From positions 1-48,698 of the IMG/VR virus record IMGVR_UViG_3300020045_006937: a stretch of DNA of 48,698 nucleotides; one strand, given 5' to 3'. The DNA comes from a virus (lineage: Duplodnaviria > Caudoviricetes). A model generated the notes under the pieces. It was given only the letters and a program-made list of their open reading frames with translations. It searched no databases and was not told the origin of the DNA. Shown here in pieces: positions 1-10,137 of this stretch (within the stretch, counting starts at the first letter, position 1; every line of letters starts with the position of its first letter). The translations under genes were made by a program, and so were the position numbers.

Positions 1-1715
1 GCTTGCATTTCACCAAGCATTAACGGTTTACTATAATTATTTAAAGAAACTCCCCAAACAGCGGTCTGTTCTGAATTCTCTGATTCGTATTTTTTAGGTC
101 TATACGCTAAATATCTTTCTAATCCCTTTTGTTGAAAATAATTCATTACCCCGCCAGTTCTAACGTCACACAAAACAGTTTCGTTAAGGTTAAAGAAAAT
201 AGCCATTCTAACGCACATTTCGTAAAACTGCTCCTTACGCTCAGGTCGGCAACAAATAGTGGCAACAGGGGCTAATTGTAGCGATTTATGGATAGTATTA
301 CGTCTTATTATTACGCACATACCGCCTTTAGACTTAGATGTGCGGGATAAATCTTGGTCGTATCCATCTATGCCCGCGCAAAACAAATTATTATATTGCG
401 GATTATATCCATTTAAAAAATCTACGTGAACTAAATAACATACCCCATCCTCAGAAACATCGTTATCAATTATCAATTCTATTTGAGCTGGGAATAAAGC
501 TTCTCCTTTAGCATCACGCTTATATTCTAACTGACACCTTACATACTTTTTAGGATTGCTCGAAATAGCATCCATTTGGTTATTCATTGCGTCCGTATCA
601 AAAGCATTTACTATTGTTTTACGGAATACATCTGACTCTGTTAAAGGATAATCTTTAAGGTGTTGTTGATATTTTTCAGTGTTTTTTGTTTTAAGTAACT
701 CATCTCTTTCTTTTAGCAAGTGTTCTTTGGCGGCTTCCAAATCTTCAACCCCAATACTTTCAAAAGTTTTATATTCTTTATTCAAGTTCGGGATAATCGG
801 CGCTTCTAAAGAGCATCCTCCGTAAAAAGGTTTATGGAATCTCTCCGCCGTTGCCATAAATTGTACCCAATTCGGGTCGTTTTTAGTATCATCCCAGAAT
901 TTTTTAAATTCCTTTCCGCCCTTATTCATATTACCCCCAGTACCCCACATCCAAAAGTTACCTATCTGTACCGAACCGTCCATAATACAGGGGCGCGTGT
1001 GACCGTAAAACTTCTCTAACATAGGAAACTCTCCGCACTCCTCCGCCATTACATCGGTTAAGAATAAACCTGAGAATAAGGCTGGATTAGAAAACATTGT
1101 GCGGATAAAGATTGTATTCTTTGTTCCGCCCTCTATTAATTCACCAGATTGGGATTTGTACTTATATCCAGCAACAATTTCGTCTTTATTATCTTTTAAT
1201 TTTTTAACCCTTAACTCTGGGGGTAAAAACCTTTCACTACTTCTTAGTTTATTTGCGAAATCAATAGCAAATTTCTCTTGTCCCGCCGCTATTCCACATT
1301 GATAAGCGCCGTTCTTAAATCTATAATCGTAATCTACTTTAGCTTTCTGAAATAACTCCGAAGCTCCAAGTCGGCGTTTTTTAGCACATATAAAGTTCTT
1401 TTTATTCGCAATACAATACTCTATTAAATAAATCATCTCTAAATGCACATCAACCATATCAGGAGCTACGTTACCCGCCCCCATAGTCATTACATTAAAG
1501 TTTAAATAATAGTAATATCTGCCAGAGATAAATACCCCGCCTGTTTGATAGCCATTTTTGATGTAATATAGTTGCTCGTTCCAATAATCTTCCCACTTAG
1601 CCGTTCCAACACACTTAGGATTAAGAATAGAATCTGCCTCAAAAGGAATTCCGTACTTTACGACAGGATTAGGACAAAATCCCTTCGCTTTTCTGTATGG
1701 TGGGCGCTGTATCAT
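1..1715 (-). CDS. terL: Terminase large subunit, crAss-like, 3' end outside the window
   Basis: Missing from the ORF track because it runs off the edge. Manual translation from ATG at 1715 gives MIQRPPYRKAKG..EDYWNEQLYYIKNG..ISGRYYYYLNF..CAKKRRLGAS (Walker A-like)..DVMAEECGEF (Walker B)..FAGIDGYD (RNase H-like nuclease). ATGA overlap with the upstream gene. Confidence 0.9.
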   Translation of the reverse strand, partial: MIQRPPYRKAKGFCPNPVVKYGIPFEADSILNPKCVGTAKWEDYWNEQLYYIKNGYQTGGVFISGRYYYYLNFNVMTMGAGNVAPDMVDVHLEMIYLIEYCIANKKNFICAKKRRLGASELFQKAKVDYDYRFKNGAYQCGIAAGQEKFAIDFANKLRSSERFLPPELRVKKLKDNKDEIVAGYKYKSQSGELIEGGTKNTIFIRTMFSNPALFSGLFLTDVMAEECGEFPMLEKFYGHTRPCIMDGSVQIGNFWMWGTGGNMNKGGKEFKKFWDDTKNDPNWVQFMATAERFHKPFYGGCSLEAPIIPNLNKEYKTFESIGVEDLEAAKEHLLKERDELLKTKNTEKYQQHLKDYPLTESDVFRKTIVNAFDTDAMNNQMDAISSNPKKYVRCQLEYKRDAKGEALFPAQIELIIDNDVSEDGVCYLVHVDFLNGYNPQYNNLFCAGIDGYDQDLSRTSKSKGGMCVIIRRNTIHKSLQLAPVATICCRPERKEQFYEMCVRMAIFFNLNETVLCDVRTGGVMNYFQQKGLERYLAYRPKKYESENSEQTAVWGVSLNNYSKPLMLGEMQ

Positions 1716-2272
1716 ACTCTTTGTGGTTTTTTGTTTTGAATAAGCTCGTAATTCCTTTTGTTCTTTTGCAAAGTTTCAAGGTAACTATTCTGTTTATCAC
1801 CTTGCAATCTACCTTCAGCTATCATATCCTCTAAAATCTCATTATCAAGGGCTTTTATACGCGCTGATAATGTATCAATAGAATTAAGGGCTATTTCTAA
1901 TGGTTTCCCGTCTAATACAGGTATTTGGTCTTGTAAAAGGCTAATCTTATTCTCATAAGTTATCTTTAGTTCTTCGTTTTTATCATACTGAAGGCTCTTA
2001 TATGCTTCAATAGCCACTACTATTCTATGACTACGGTCATTTTGTTCAATTGCGGCTAATATTTTTGGATTGTTATCACCAAAGGCTTCAATAAGTCCTC
2101 TGCGAATCCTATCCTGTTGATTATATCTGCGCCACGGACTTTTGTAATCATAAGCAATAGCAATAAAGATAAGTTCTTCCTCACTAATCGCTCCAAGTTC
2201 GGGGCACAATTGTACACACGCGGGACGTAAAACAACCTTTCCTTTAATGTCTATATCTATTACGTAGCTCAT
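1712..2272 (-). CDS. Conserved protein upstream of terL, possible terminase small subunit
   Basis: 186 aa, helical/coiled-coil, translationally coupled to terL; function inferred from position only. Confidence 0.5.
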   Translation of the reverse strand: MSYVIDIDIKGKVVLRPACVQLCPELGAISEEELIFIAIAYDYKSPWRRYNQQDRIRRGLIEAFGDNNPKILAAIEQNDRSHRIVVAIEAYKSLQYDKNEELKITYENKISLLQDQIPVLDGKPLEIALNSIDTLSARIKALDNEILEDMIAEGRLQGDKQNSYLETLQKNKRNYELIQNKKPQRV

Positions 2273-3027
2273 ATAACAAATTCATTTTTGTTAGTTAACT
2301 TACTTTTTATTTGGTCTTTAAATGTTTCAAGTAAGATTATTATATCGTGTTTTAAATAAGGTACAGGTATCTTCTTATGCACTACTTTCCCGCTGTTTTT
2401 GCAAGTTGACGGCTGGATTAAATGTATGAACAACTCCTTTACTTTCTTTCCAGTCAATTTCTCCGCGTGATAGGCGTAGTACGAGCACTGCATAGCGGTT
2501 TTTATATACTTACTATTGGGTAAATGCTCGAATGGCGCTTTTAAATATCCCCTTCCTTCATACAAGTCCGTTTCCATTTTCTCATAACACTTCGTGTCTG
2601 AAATAATCAACTTGCTATCCTTTCGGTTAGAAGTTAAGGAAATAGTATCAGAAGTGCCAGCGGTACGATATTCGGTATCGTAAACAGTGGTTTGGGGAAA
2701 TCTGACTGTTGGATACACAATAGATAATTGCAAAATATCCAGCTCAATATCCTTGTGTTCGCCTTTAATCTCGCCGTGTTTAAGATAGTGAGTTAAGGCT
2801 TCGTCTACGCGTACCCCATCCGCTCTTTGTTCTTCCCATTTAGCAAGGTTTTTCTCCATACCTTCCTGACTTTTACCGCCAGTGAAGTAAGCTATTTTTT
2901 GAGCATCAAAACTCCCGCCAATTTCAGCAAATAAAGATGAGAACGATAAATATTCTTCACCATTCTCATCATAATATTTATGACTTTCTTCGTGCAAAGT
3001 AACCTTTGCTGGGAATAGTTCTGCCAT
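2269..3027 (-). CDS. PD-(D/E)XK (Cas4-like) exonuclease
   Basis: Motifs EESHKYYD, AGTSD, ISDTK, QCSYYAY; typical neighbour of crAss-like terminases. Confidence 0.75.
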   Translation of the reverse strand: MAELFPAKVTLHEESHKYYDENGEEYLSFSSLFAEIGGSFDAQKIAYFTGGKSQEGMEKNLAKWEEQRADGVRVDEALTHYLKHGEIKGEHKDIELDILQLSIVYPTVRFPQTTVYDTEYRTAGTSDTISLTSNRKDSKLIISDTKCYEKMETDLYEGRGYLKAPFEHLPNSKYIKTAMQCSYYAYHAEKLTGKKVKELFIHLIQPSTCKNSGKVVHKKIPVPYLKHDIIILLETFKDQIKSKLTNKNEFVI

Positions 3028-3491
3028 TATTTTTGTTGAACATAGTTAATACCTCCATTAATAGCAGATACTGGAACATACGCCACGCCGCCAATACTAA
3101 TAGCATCAACATCTTTTCCTGCATAATTTACAAGACCATCTACAAATAAATGGCTTTTTAAAGAATGTACTGTTTGGCGGAAAATATAATCCTTCGCCTT
3201 TTGTTCGTTTGGTAATTGCTCGTAAGGAACAAAACAAGGGTGTTCTTTGGTTTCAGGATTTTTTACTTCTCCATACTTCCAGCCTTCCTCAGTCTTTTGT
3301 TTTAACCAACTATCGTGCGAAGCTGAAGGACTTGCGTCAGGACTAGCTAAATGGAAATTAACGCCATTAATAGCGGACGATTGTTGCCATTCGGGAGCAT
3401 TGTCCCAAGTTGGTTGTGAATTATCACCTATTGCCTCGCAATAAGCTTTATTTAATTCGTGTGCGATTTTTGCTATGTCTTTTGGATACAT
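3027..3491 (-). CDS. RyR-domain protein
   Basis: HDSWLKQKTEEGWKYG..KEHPCFVPYEQLPNEQKAKD matches the RyR repeat signature. Confidence 0.85.
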   Translation of the reverse strand: MYPKDIAKIAHELNKAYCEAIGDNSQPTWDNAPEWQQSSAINGVNFHLASPDASPSASHDSWLKQKTEEGWKYGEVKNPETKEHPCFVPYEQLPNEQKAKDYIFRQTVHSLKSHLFVDGLVNYAGKDVDAISIGGVAYVPVSAINGGINYVQQK

Positions 3492-3494
3492 ATA

Positions 3495-4154
3495 TTAAGC
3501 AGTTTTTTGGTTTAACTCTAAAATAGGGGTATCGTTATCTATAACCAAATCATCGGACATGATTATATCCACTGCCCCATTAGCCATTAAGAATTTACGG
3601 CAAAATTCCTTTTTCCCTTCTTCGTCCATTCCATTGAATTCCGCCAAGTCCTCGCTTGTTTTTTTGCCCTTAGCAATCATTTTTTCAAATACTCGCGTTC
3701 CTAATTCATCAATTGTAATTTGACGATTACCCGCGCAATATGCTTCAGCTTCTTCTCTGATTCCTTTGAAAATCTCTTGCACTGCCGCAAACCCAGAATA
3801 GTCATCAGCGCCTACCTTATAGGTTTTAAGCACTAGTATCTTGTCGCCCATATTACGCTTACCCTTTAAAATAAAGTGGTCAGAAGCCATTGTAATCTCT
3901 GTAATATCGGTTTCTAGTACGGCATAGTCCTTCGCGAGTTCGTGCATAGGGTCTTGACAAATATCACAAATGTTTAGTAAGTGTACTGACAATTCCTTAA
4001 ATTTCTTGATAAGTCCTAAATGTACGGGGTACGAGGGGTCAGAAATGTTCGGCACTAAATAAGGTACGCCGTCTTTTATTTCTTGTACAAGGTGAAAAAT
4101 TTTCATTCCGCTCAAACCACTTAGGTCTGGCATGGAGAGTTTGGTAATGTTCAT
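3495..4154 (-). CDS. Hypothetical protein
   Basis: 219-aa ORF in the operon. Confidence 0.75.
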   Translation of the reverse strand: MNITKLSMPDLSGLSGMKIFHLVQEIKDGVPYLVPNISDPSYPVHLGLIKKFKELSVHLLNICDICQDPMHELAKDYAVLETDITEITMASDHFILKGKRNMGDKILVLKTYKVGADDYSGFAAVQEIFKGIREEAEAYCAGNRQITIDELGTRVFEKMIAKGKKTSEDLAEFNGMDEEGKKEFCRKFLMANGAVDIIMSDDLVIDNDTPILELNQKTA

Positions 4155-4441
4155 TACTTAATAGATTTAATGATGTGGTTAATTTTCTTTTCGGCTTCTA
4201 ATTTAGTCTTTACTGTTACAAATGATGAATTAATTACATTCATTAATGTTTGAATCATTTCTTGTTGCTCTTTCATATTATTAGGGTTTAGTTTGTTTCA
4301 TTAAATAACTCACATCAATCGGATTTTCGCTCCACTCAATTCGCATAGCCTTTTTAATTGCCTTCTTTTTCTTTCTCGGCAAATCCTGAAGGCTAACAAT
4401 CTTTACTGTTATTGTTGTTTGTTGTGCGGTTAATATATTCA

Positions 4442-5173
4442 TTATTTCAAAATCTCACAAGCTGGTGCTACATAATCAATATACAGTTTCCCTCCAATAT
4501 GCCCCGTTCTTGCCACTTGACAAGTTCTTTGGGTGTTACATGTATCGCGTAAATTAAAGCAATTCTCAGGGACTGCACTACCCTTATCAACACAGTCAGT
4601 GCAACGATAAGGGAACACCCCGCGGATACCTATATTATCCTGAAGTAAGCATTTATTCTCAGCACTTTTAAACACTTCTTGAAACGAAGCAAATCCAGTA
4701 CTCCAATTAATAGTATCGGAAACGGTGGCGCGAATCACTGCATTACACCCATCCTCACAACTAATATCAAAACTCTCAAACTTTGTGTTAACCGAGCATT
4801 CAAAAATATTTATCCCCGATTTATATCCTAAAGGAACTGCAACCTGACAAGGTAAATTATCCCCGCCGAAACTAATCACAACCCCCAAAAGCGGATTTGA
4901 ATTAGTGGACTCATAAGTTGCGCCCCTTTCAGCGTAGAAGTATCCTTTACTTACACTAATAGTGTCAGTGATGCCAAACATTCCCCAAACCTGATTCGGA
5001 GACTGTAAAGTTACATACACCTTAATCTTATCCTCTTTACTCAGATTTCTTATAACGAGTCCTGTGTAAACAACGGGAGCTGAAGGGACATTGTCACACG
5101 CCACCTTAATTATACATCCTATGCCAGTTAAAGTACAGATTATTGCAAATGCTAATAAAATTTTTGTTTTCAT
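4442..5173 (-). CDS. Secreted/membrane-anchored Cys-rich protein, possible thaumatin-like fold
   Basis: N-terminal hydrophobic signal; ESFDISCEDGCNAVI resembles the thaumatin DFYDISLVDGFN motif; many Cys. Confidence 0.5.
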   Translation of the reverse strand: MKTKILLAFAIICTLTGIGCIIKVACDNVPSAPVVYTGLVIRNLSKEDKIKVYVTLQSPNQVWGMFGITDTISVSKGYFYAERGATYESTNSNPLLGVVISFGGDNLPCQVAVPLGYKSGINIFECSVNTKFESFDISCEDGCNAVIRATVSDTINWSTGFASFQEVFKSAENKCLLQDNIGIRGVFPYRCTDCVDKGSAVPENCFNLRDTCNTQRTCQVARTGHIGGKLYIDYVAPACEILK

Positions 5174-5339
5174 ATATTTAGTTTTTGTTTATTTCGTCTT
5201 CGAGTTGTGCACTTAATTTGTAATTAGCCTCTAAAAGATTACTCTTATTCTCACTCAATAAAGGTAATTTAGGGATAGCCCTTTCAATCCACTCCATTTG
5301 AACAATTATTTTTTTAGCTTCTTCAGTCAATTCCATTTG

Positions 5340-5394
5340 TTACAATTTTTTGTAATTAATTTTAATTCGCGGGAAAAATTACAGTTTATTGTAA
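5340..5394. repeat. Paired TTACA-N6-TGTAA element 1
   Basis: Boxes 5340-55 and 5379-94, 23-bp gap. Confidence 0.85.
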
Positions 5395-5757
5395 CTATCC
5401 TTTAATCTCTAATTCTTGTTTGTTTAGCACGTAATATAAGTTCTGAAGTTCGTGCAAGTAATTTACATCAATCCCTTGTATAAAAACAAATCCTTTTTCC
5501 TCCAACGACAATACAAAGTTATTTAAAATATAAAGAGCGCCTTCTACGTGCTTAAACCCACACCATTCAGTTAAAATTTCAGGAGTTAAAGGGATAGGCT
5601 TCAAGTCCGCCACATCAACACTATTAATCACTTTTATCTTTTTGTCAAAGCGCAACTTCCCATACAAATGAACTTTCGCCCCGTCACGCCCATTAATTTT
5701 ACAGACAATCCCCTGCTCAAACATATTCCCTAATCTTAAATCCCTTTTATCCAACAT
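5395..5757 (-). CDS. Bacteroidota-phage conserved hypothetical (LRxGN..PIPLT..HELQNLY family)
   Basis: Paralogous motifs shared with 30085..30501. Confidence 0.75.
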   Translation of the reverse strand: MLDKRDLRLGNMFEQGIVCKINGRDGAKVHLYGKLRFDKKIKVINSVDVADLKPIPLTPEILTEWCGFKHVEGALYILNNFVLSLEEKGFVFIQGIDVNYLHELQNLYYVLNKQELEIKG

Positions 5758-5935
5758 ATTCTTTCTTAGGTTTTAATAAGTCTTCCTTACGCTTTAAATG
5801 AAATTCAAACTCACTTTCTAATATAGTCATCTCAGTGTTAGACCCCTTAAAAGTTAACATCTCCCCATTTTTATGAGGAGCTCTTACAACATCAGTGTAA
5901 GTTCTAAAATACAAATTATTCGCTTTCTCTATCAT
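5747..5935 (-). CDS. Hypothetical protein
   Basis: 62-aa ORF overlapping the next gene start. Confidence 0.6.
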   Translation of the reverse strand: MIEKANNLYFRTYTDVVRAPHKNGEMLTFKGSNTEMTILESEFEFHLKRKEDLLKPKKEYVG

Positions 5936-6016
5936 AATAATAATAATCTACATCTAAATTCTCCGTGCAATCCGACTCCCCCCAAAAGAAAGGAACTGTA
6001 TTAGTGCTATACCAAT

Positions 6017-6193
6017 TCATACCTCCAGCGCCTCCCGTATCTTTTTCTCCCGCTCCAATTTCTCCTCAATAGCCCTTTCTATAAAACTACTTATACTCAC
6101 ACCAGTCCGCAACTTATAATCACGAACCCGCCCAACTATCGCCACATCCAGCTTAACACTCTCCAATTGTTTATTTATCTTACTCTCACTCAT
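6017..6193 (-). CDS. Ribbon-helix-helix DNA-binding protein (58 aa, not in ORF track)
   Basis: Manual translation MSESKINKQLESVKLDVAIVGRVRDYKLRTGVSISSFIERAIEEKLEREKKIREALEV; TATATTTG -7 promoter element just upstream. Confidence 0.7.
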   Translation of the reverse strand: MSESKINKQLESVKLDVAIVGRVRDYKLRTGVSISSFIERAIEEKLEREKKIREALEV

Positions 6194-6438
6194 CTCTTAC
6201 AAATATACCACTTTATACTACTCTATAAAATTTTTATTAGAAATTTTTCTTAACAAGTTTTCCACTATTTACCACTTAATTTAAAAAGGTAGGGGGGATG
6301 TGGGAGGGGAATCATTACCCCCAATTCAAAAAAGTAAACTAAGAACCCGCAACGGGGGGAGTGTAAATATATAGGCAGTTAACTGAAAGCATTCTTTTTA
6401 GGATTTACGGCTTGTTCTGTGTTTGGCGCAGTTGAGCT

Positions 6439-6948
6439 CTATGTTATGAACTCTAAGATGTGCATTGATATTTGTTGATTGTAGAGCTTATATCCCATTC
6501 TATGGTATTCAAGTAGTGTTTGCATCTCCATGCGCCCCAGCTCGTTATAGCTAGCGTTTGGCATGTGCTTATATTTAATAAACTCAAAGGCTTCAATACC
6601 ATGCTTTATATAATGTTCCCTCATTATACCGTATGCGATAGTCTTTACCTTTGTCTTGTTATCTATAATATTCATCTTATGGTTACGCAACCTAACGTCA
6701 ATGTTAGAAGATAAGCCTATATAAGCATGATTTTCAATACCACATATAATAAGATAAACCCCTGCTTGTGATAAGTCTTTGGGTTTTGTTTGTTGTTCTT
6801 TAATTAAAGGGGTTATTATTTCAATTGGTTTTGGTGGTTCTGGGTTTAACTCATTCCCTTCATTATCCACTAAAACTTTATACATTGTGCCTTGTTTTGG
6901 GTTAGCTTTAATCCATTCGGGTGTTCTTGGTTTCCATACTGTTTTCAT
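6439..6948 (-). CDS. GIY-YIG endonuclease
   Basis: GVYLI..YIGLS..RLRNH..E..YN motif set. Confidence 0.85.
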   Translation of the reverse strand: MKTVWKPRTPEWIKANPKQGTMYKVLVDNEGNELNPEPPKPIEIITPLIKEQQTKPKDLSQAGVYLIICGIENHAYIGLSSNIDVRLRNHKMNIIDNKTKVKTIAYGIMREHYIKHGIEAFEFIKYKHMPNASYNELGRMEMQTLLEYHRMGYKLYNQQISMHILEFIT

Positions 6949-7560
6949 ATTCTGTTAATTGATTAACAAATATAGCGTTAATGCGTTAACAGTAATTAAC
7001 AAAAGACTAACAACGCGTGTTATAACGTGTATTGCCTATATTAGATGTTATAACATATTATGTTAGCTCAACTAAATCCTAGCCCTTTTAAGCCATTATG
7101 TTTAATTGTGGGGTATTGGTATCACCTTAGTGTTAAAATGCTCTTAAAATCAATTTCTATGCCTATGTTTTTTAGTTTACGTTTAAATTTTGTTTGGTGT
7201 GGGGGTTTAATTTGTATGATTATCCCCTCCCCTTTGTTTTGGGGTTTTGGCTATTATGTTGGGATTTGTTTAGGTGTGTTTTGTGGTGGGTTAAAAGCTG
7301 TTATTTGTAGCCCCTTGTTAATCTGGTTAGGCGGTTGCTTGTTTTAGATACTAGTGTTAAGTTGGTATTGGTTGTTTGTTCTATATGAATGCTTACATTA
7401 TTTGTCCGACGGGTTGCGGGTATTTTGTCAGGGCAAAGGGCTATTTATGTGGGTTACGGTATGGTGTTAGGTGGCGCGAATTGGGCGCGTTTGACTGTTA
7501 AAAACCTTTTAATATCTTATTGGTTAGTATGTTACATAATTTTGTATATTTATATTGTTG

Positions 7561-7650
7561 TCTGGAAGCAACAAAAACAGTAATTTTACAAACTTACTGC
7601 CCCCTTGTTTAGTAATAGCCTTCCAGATATGAAAAACTTGGGGGCTTTTA
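7561..7650 (+). promoter_or_regulatory. Structured 5' leader (5' strand pairs into the loop of a terminator-like hairpin)
   Basis: TCTGGAAG 7561-68 pairs CTTCCAGA 7620-27; GCCCCC 7599-604 pairs GGGGGC 7640-45, followed by T-run. Confidence 0.5.
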
Positions 7651-7656
7651 TATTTT

Positions 7657-8106
7657 ATGCACGCATTCATTTATTATTTACATAACGGTAACGACGTTCC
7701 GTTTTATGTAGGGCACACCCACAGCACCGAAAATAGACTAAAATCCCATAAAGAAAGATTTGGATTGACTACTCAATTAGAAATTATTGAAACTGTTAAT
7801 TATGATAATAGAATGTTTTGGGAAAAACACTACATGCACCTATTTATAAGTTGGGGATTCGCATTGATAAACAAAGGCGTATTTAAGGTAAAGAGTAAAG
7901 CAGCGCCAAGATATAACATAAATTATTCAAGTAAAAATCAAAAACAAGAAACGTTAAACAAACGAAAAGAGAAGATTTTAATCATAAAAAACAGCCCTGA
8001 ATTTAAACAACTATTAGAGCTTATCCGCTCCCATGATAATAACTATAAAGAAAGCCAAATATTAGAAAGATTAATAATAAATAAGAAAGTATTAAAACTT
8101 TATTAG
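7657..8106 (+). CDS. GIY-YIG-like endonuclease
   Basis: FIYYL..PFYVGHT..RLKSH..FWEKHY..LIN. Confidence 0.75.
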   Translation: MHAFIYYLHNGNDVPFYVGHTHSTENRLKSHKERFGLTTQLEIIETVNYDNRMFWEKHYMHLFISWGFALINKGVFKVKSKAAPRYNINYSSKNQKQETLNKRKEKILIIKNSPEFKQLLELIRSHDNNYKESQILERLIINKKVLKLY

Positions 8107-8143
8107 CCTGATAATCAGTATATATTTATCTATTTTTATAATC

Positions 8144-8176
8144 TTTGTAACCTTTTTACTATAAACTAAGTATAAC
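8144..8176 (+). promoter_or_regulatory. Promoter of the TGTAACCTTTT family
   Basis: TTTGTAACCTTTTTACTATA is shared with sites at 15421-47, 19361 and 30781; precedes the early gene array. Confidence 0.6.
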
Positions 8177-8217
8177 TATATAATTAACCACACTATTAAC
8201 CTTTAATCCTTACACCT

Positions 8218-8724
8218 ATGAAAACCTTAACCGATTACGACAAACAAGCTATTGAGTTCTTACACAAGTGTAACGTTCAATTTAAAGCTGAGTTTTTAAA
8301 GCATGATAAGCATTTTGCGGACGATAAAGAACCCCGCGATATTTACAAACTAACCCTAACTAGAGGTAAAAGAGCTGTAAGTTTTGAGTTTGGGCAATCT
8401 ATTAAACACAGCGGTAAATATATTGTTTACAGAAACGGAAACAAAGCATTCCCCTATAATGTATACGATAAGCCAACTGGATATGTGCGTTTAAATATCG
8501 ACTATCATTTAAACCCTGATTTTGAAGTTCCCAACGAATACAGTCTATTAGCTACCCTTCAAAAATACGAAGTAGGCACATTAGAAAACTTCTGTGATGA
8601 GTTTGGCTATGATGTAGATAGTAAAAAAGCCGAGAAAATTTATGAGGCTGTTTGCGATGAATACGCTAAAGTTTGTATGATTTTTAACGATGAGGAATTA
8701 ACCGAGTTACAAGAAATCAACTAA
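8218..8724 (+). CDS. Early hypothetical protein
   Basis: 168-aa ORF after the promoter. Confidence 0.8.
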   Translation: MKTLTDYDKQAIEFLHKCNVQFKAEFLKHDKHFADDKEPRDIYKLTLTRGKRAVSFEFGQSIKHSGKYIVYRNGNKAFPYNVYDKPTGYVRLNIDYHLNPDFEVPNEYSLLATLQKYEVGTLENFCDEFGYDVDSKKAEKIYEAVCDEYAKVCMIFNDEELTELQEIN

Positions 8725-8799
8725 GCCATGAAAGACTTAACACTACTTAGTATTGATGAGCAAATAATAGTAGCTATACAATACATTGCTAATTAGATA

Positions 8800-8851
8800 G
8801 TTCTCGCAGTTTTCGGGAGGTTGGGCGAGGACAAAGGGCAGTCTATTTAGA
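8800..8851. repeat. GC-rich dispersed ~52-bp repeat, copy A
   Basis: GTTCTCGCAGTTTTCGGGAGGTTGGGCGAGGACAAAGGGCAGTCTATTTAGA closely matches 29465-29516. Confidence 0.75.
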
Positions 8852-8906
8852 TTGTGACCACCATAACCCCACCGCACTTAAATATTAACTTTTAACACTT
8901 AATACC

Positions 8907-9128
8907 ATGATATACAATTTAAATAATAAAAAAGACAGAGAAAAATATGCCAATGTAAATGCGGTTAAAGCCACTAAAAAATATGTTTTTATATTTGAAG
9001 ATAAAAACGGCAACGAGTTAACAAGAAAAGAAAACGAATGTATTTCTTTACAAGATGCGGAAAAACTAGCACAACAATACGAGGCAAACAGTATGCTTAA
9101 TGACCTACACAAAGTAACAGTAAAATAA
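8907..9128 (+). CDS. Early hypothetical protein
   Basis: Co-oriented ORF with an A/C-rich leader typical of Bacteroidota. Confidence 0.7.
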   Translation: MIYNLNNKKDREKYANVNAVKATKKYVFIFEDKNGNELTRKENECISLQDAEKLAQQYEANSMLNDLHKVTVK

Positions 9129-9293
9129 CCCCTTTAAAACCTTACAACCATGAACCAAAGAGAAAACACCCCAGAACAACAGCCAAGAGGCGAAAGAGCG
9201 CCGCAACACGCTGAGCCTTTACCGCTTGTTATTGTAACAGAGAGGTAATTCAATTAGTAACGGATTAATAACAATTTTAAAACCTTTAAACCT

Positions 9294-9518
9294 ATGAAAA
9301 AGATAACAGCTAAATTTAACAGCCAATGCGCTGAAACTGGAAAGAAAATTAAAAGAAGCGAACAAATGTACTACGATTATACGGCTAAAAAATGCTATTC
9401 AATTGATAGCAACAAGGCTAAAAAAAGTGAACAGCCCGCCGATTCTGACCTTGCAAATTATGTACAAGCTCAGGAAGACGCTTATTTCGATAATTTTTGC
9501 CAGCAAAACGGAATATAA
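9294..9518 (+). CDS. Early hypothetical protein (ITAKFNSQCAETGKKIK family)
   Basis: Co-oriented ORF. Confidence 0.75.
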   Translation: MKKITAKFNSQCAETGKKIKRSEQMYYDYTAKKCYSIDSNKAKKSEQPADSDLANYVQAQEDAYFDNFCQQNGI

Positions 9519-9574
9519 AATCCTACAAAAAATTAAAGAGAAATTAAATAAATAAACCTTTAAAACCTATTAAA

Positions 9575-9865
9575 ATGGAAAATATAATAGTAACAGTGGT
9601 GGTTAATTTGTCCTATGGCGGATTAACTTACAACACCCCGCTAAGAATTGAATATAAACACACTGGCGAAATTACGTACAAACAAGGGCGTAAAAAATTA
9701 AAATCGGCTGGATATTATTACCAATACCGCCTAGCAATACCAACCATTAATGCCAATGGTAAAAAAGATTTTTGGTATATTAATAATGAAGGGGACAGCT
9801 ATACAATAAATAAGGTAAGTAAATACGGCAAGAAATTACACGCACAAATAACAAAAGAAAATTAA
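9575..9865 (+). CDS. Early hypothetical protein
   Basis: Co-oriented ORF. Confidence 0.7.
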   Translation: MENIIVTVVVNLSYGGLTYNTPLRIEYKHTGEITYKQGRKKLKSAGYYYQYRLAIPTINANGKKDFWYINNEGDSYTINKVSKYGKKLHAQITKEN

Positions 9866-9901
9866 CAAATTCAACCCGTAACGCATTAAAACTTAAAACC
9901 T

Positions 9902-10126
9902 ATGAAAGCAACCAATTTAAACCCCCTATTTATTGACCAGATACGCAAATTTGCGCACCTCGTTACTAAAGAACCTCAAACTAAAGAACAGTTTTTAGTG
10001 AGTGTAAAGGCTAATTATTCACTTGATAACCCTAAAACACACCTATTTTATATAGCCACTGAAAAAAGCACATTTGATACTATTCAATTAAATTTAACCC
10101 GCGATTCAATTTTATTTAACCAATAA
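9902..10126 (+). CDS. Early hypothetical protein
   Basis: Co-oriented ORF. Confidence 0.7.
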   Translation: MKATNLNPLFIDQIRKFAHLVTKEPQTKEQFLVSVKANYSLDNPKTHLFYIATEKSTFDTIQLNLTRDSILFNQ

Positions 10127-10137
10127 ACTATAATACT

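Noticed and set aside
834-1302. Plus-strand ORFs 834..1019 and 1099..1302
   Set aside because: Antisense shadows of terL
7060-7583. ORFs 7060..7347 and 7389..7583
   Set aside because: Products of G/T-skewed sequence with an implausible composition
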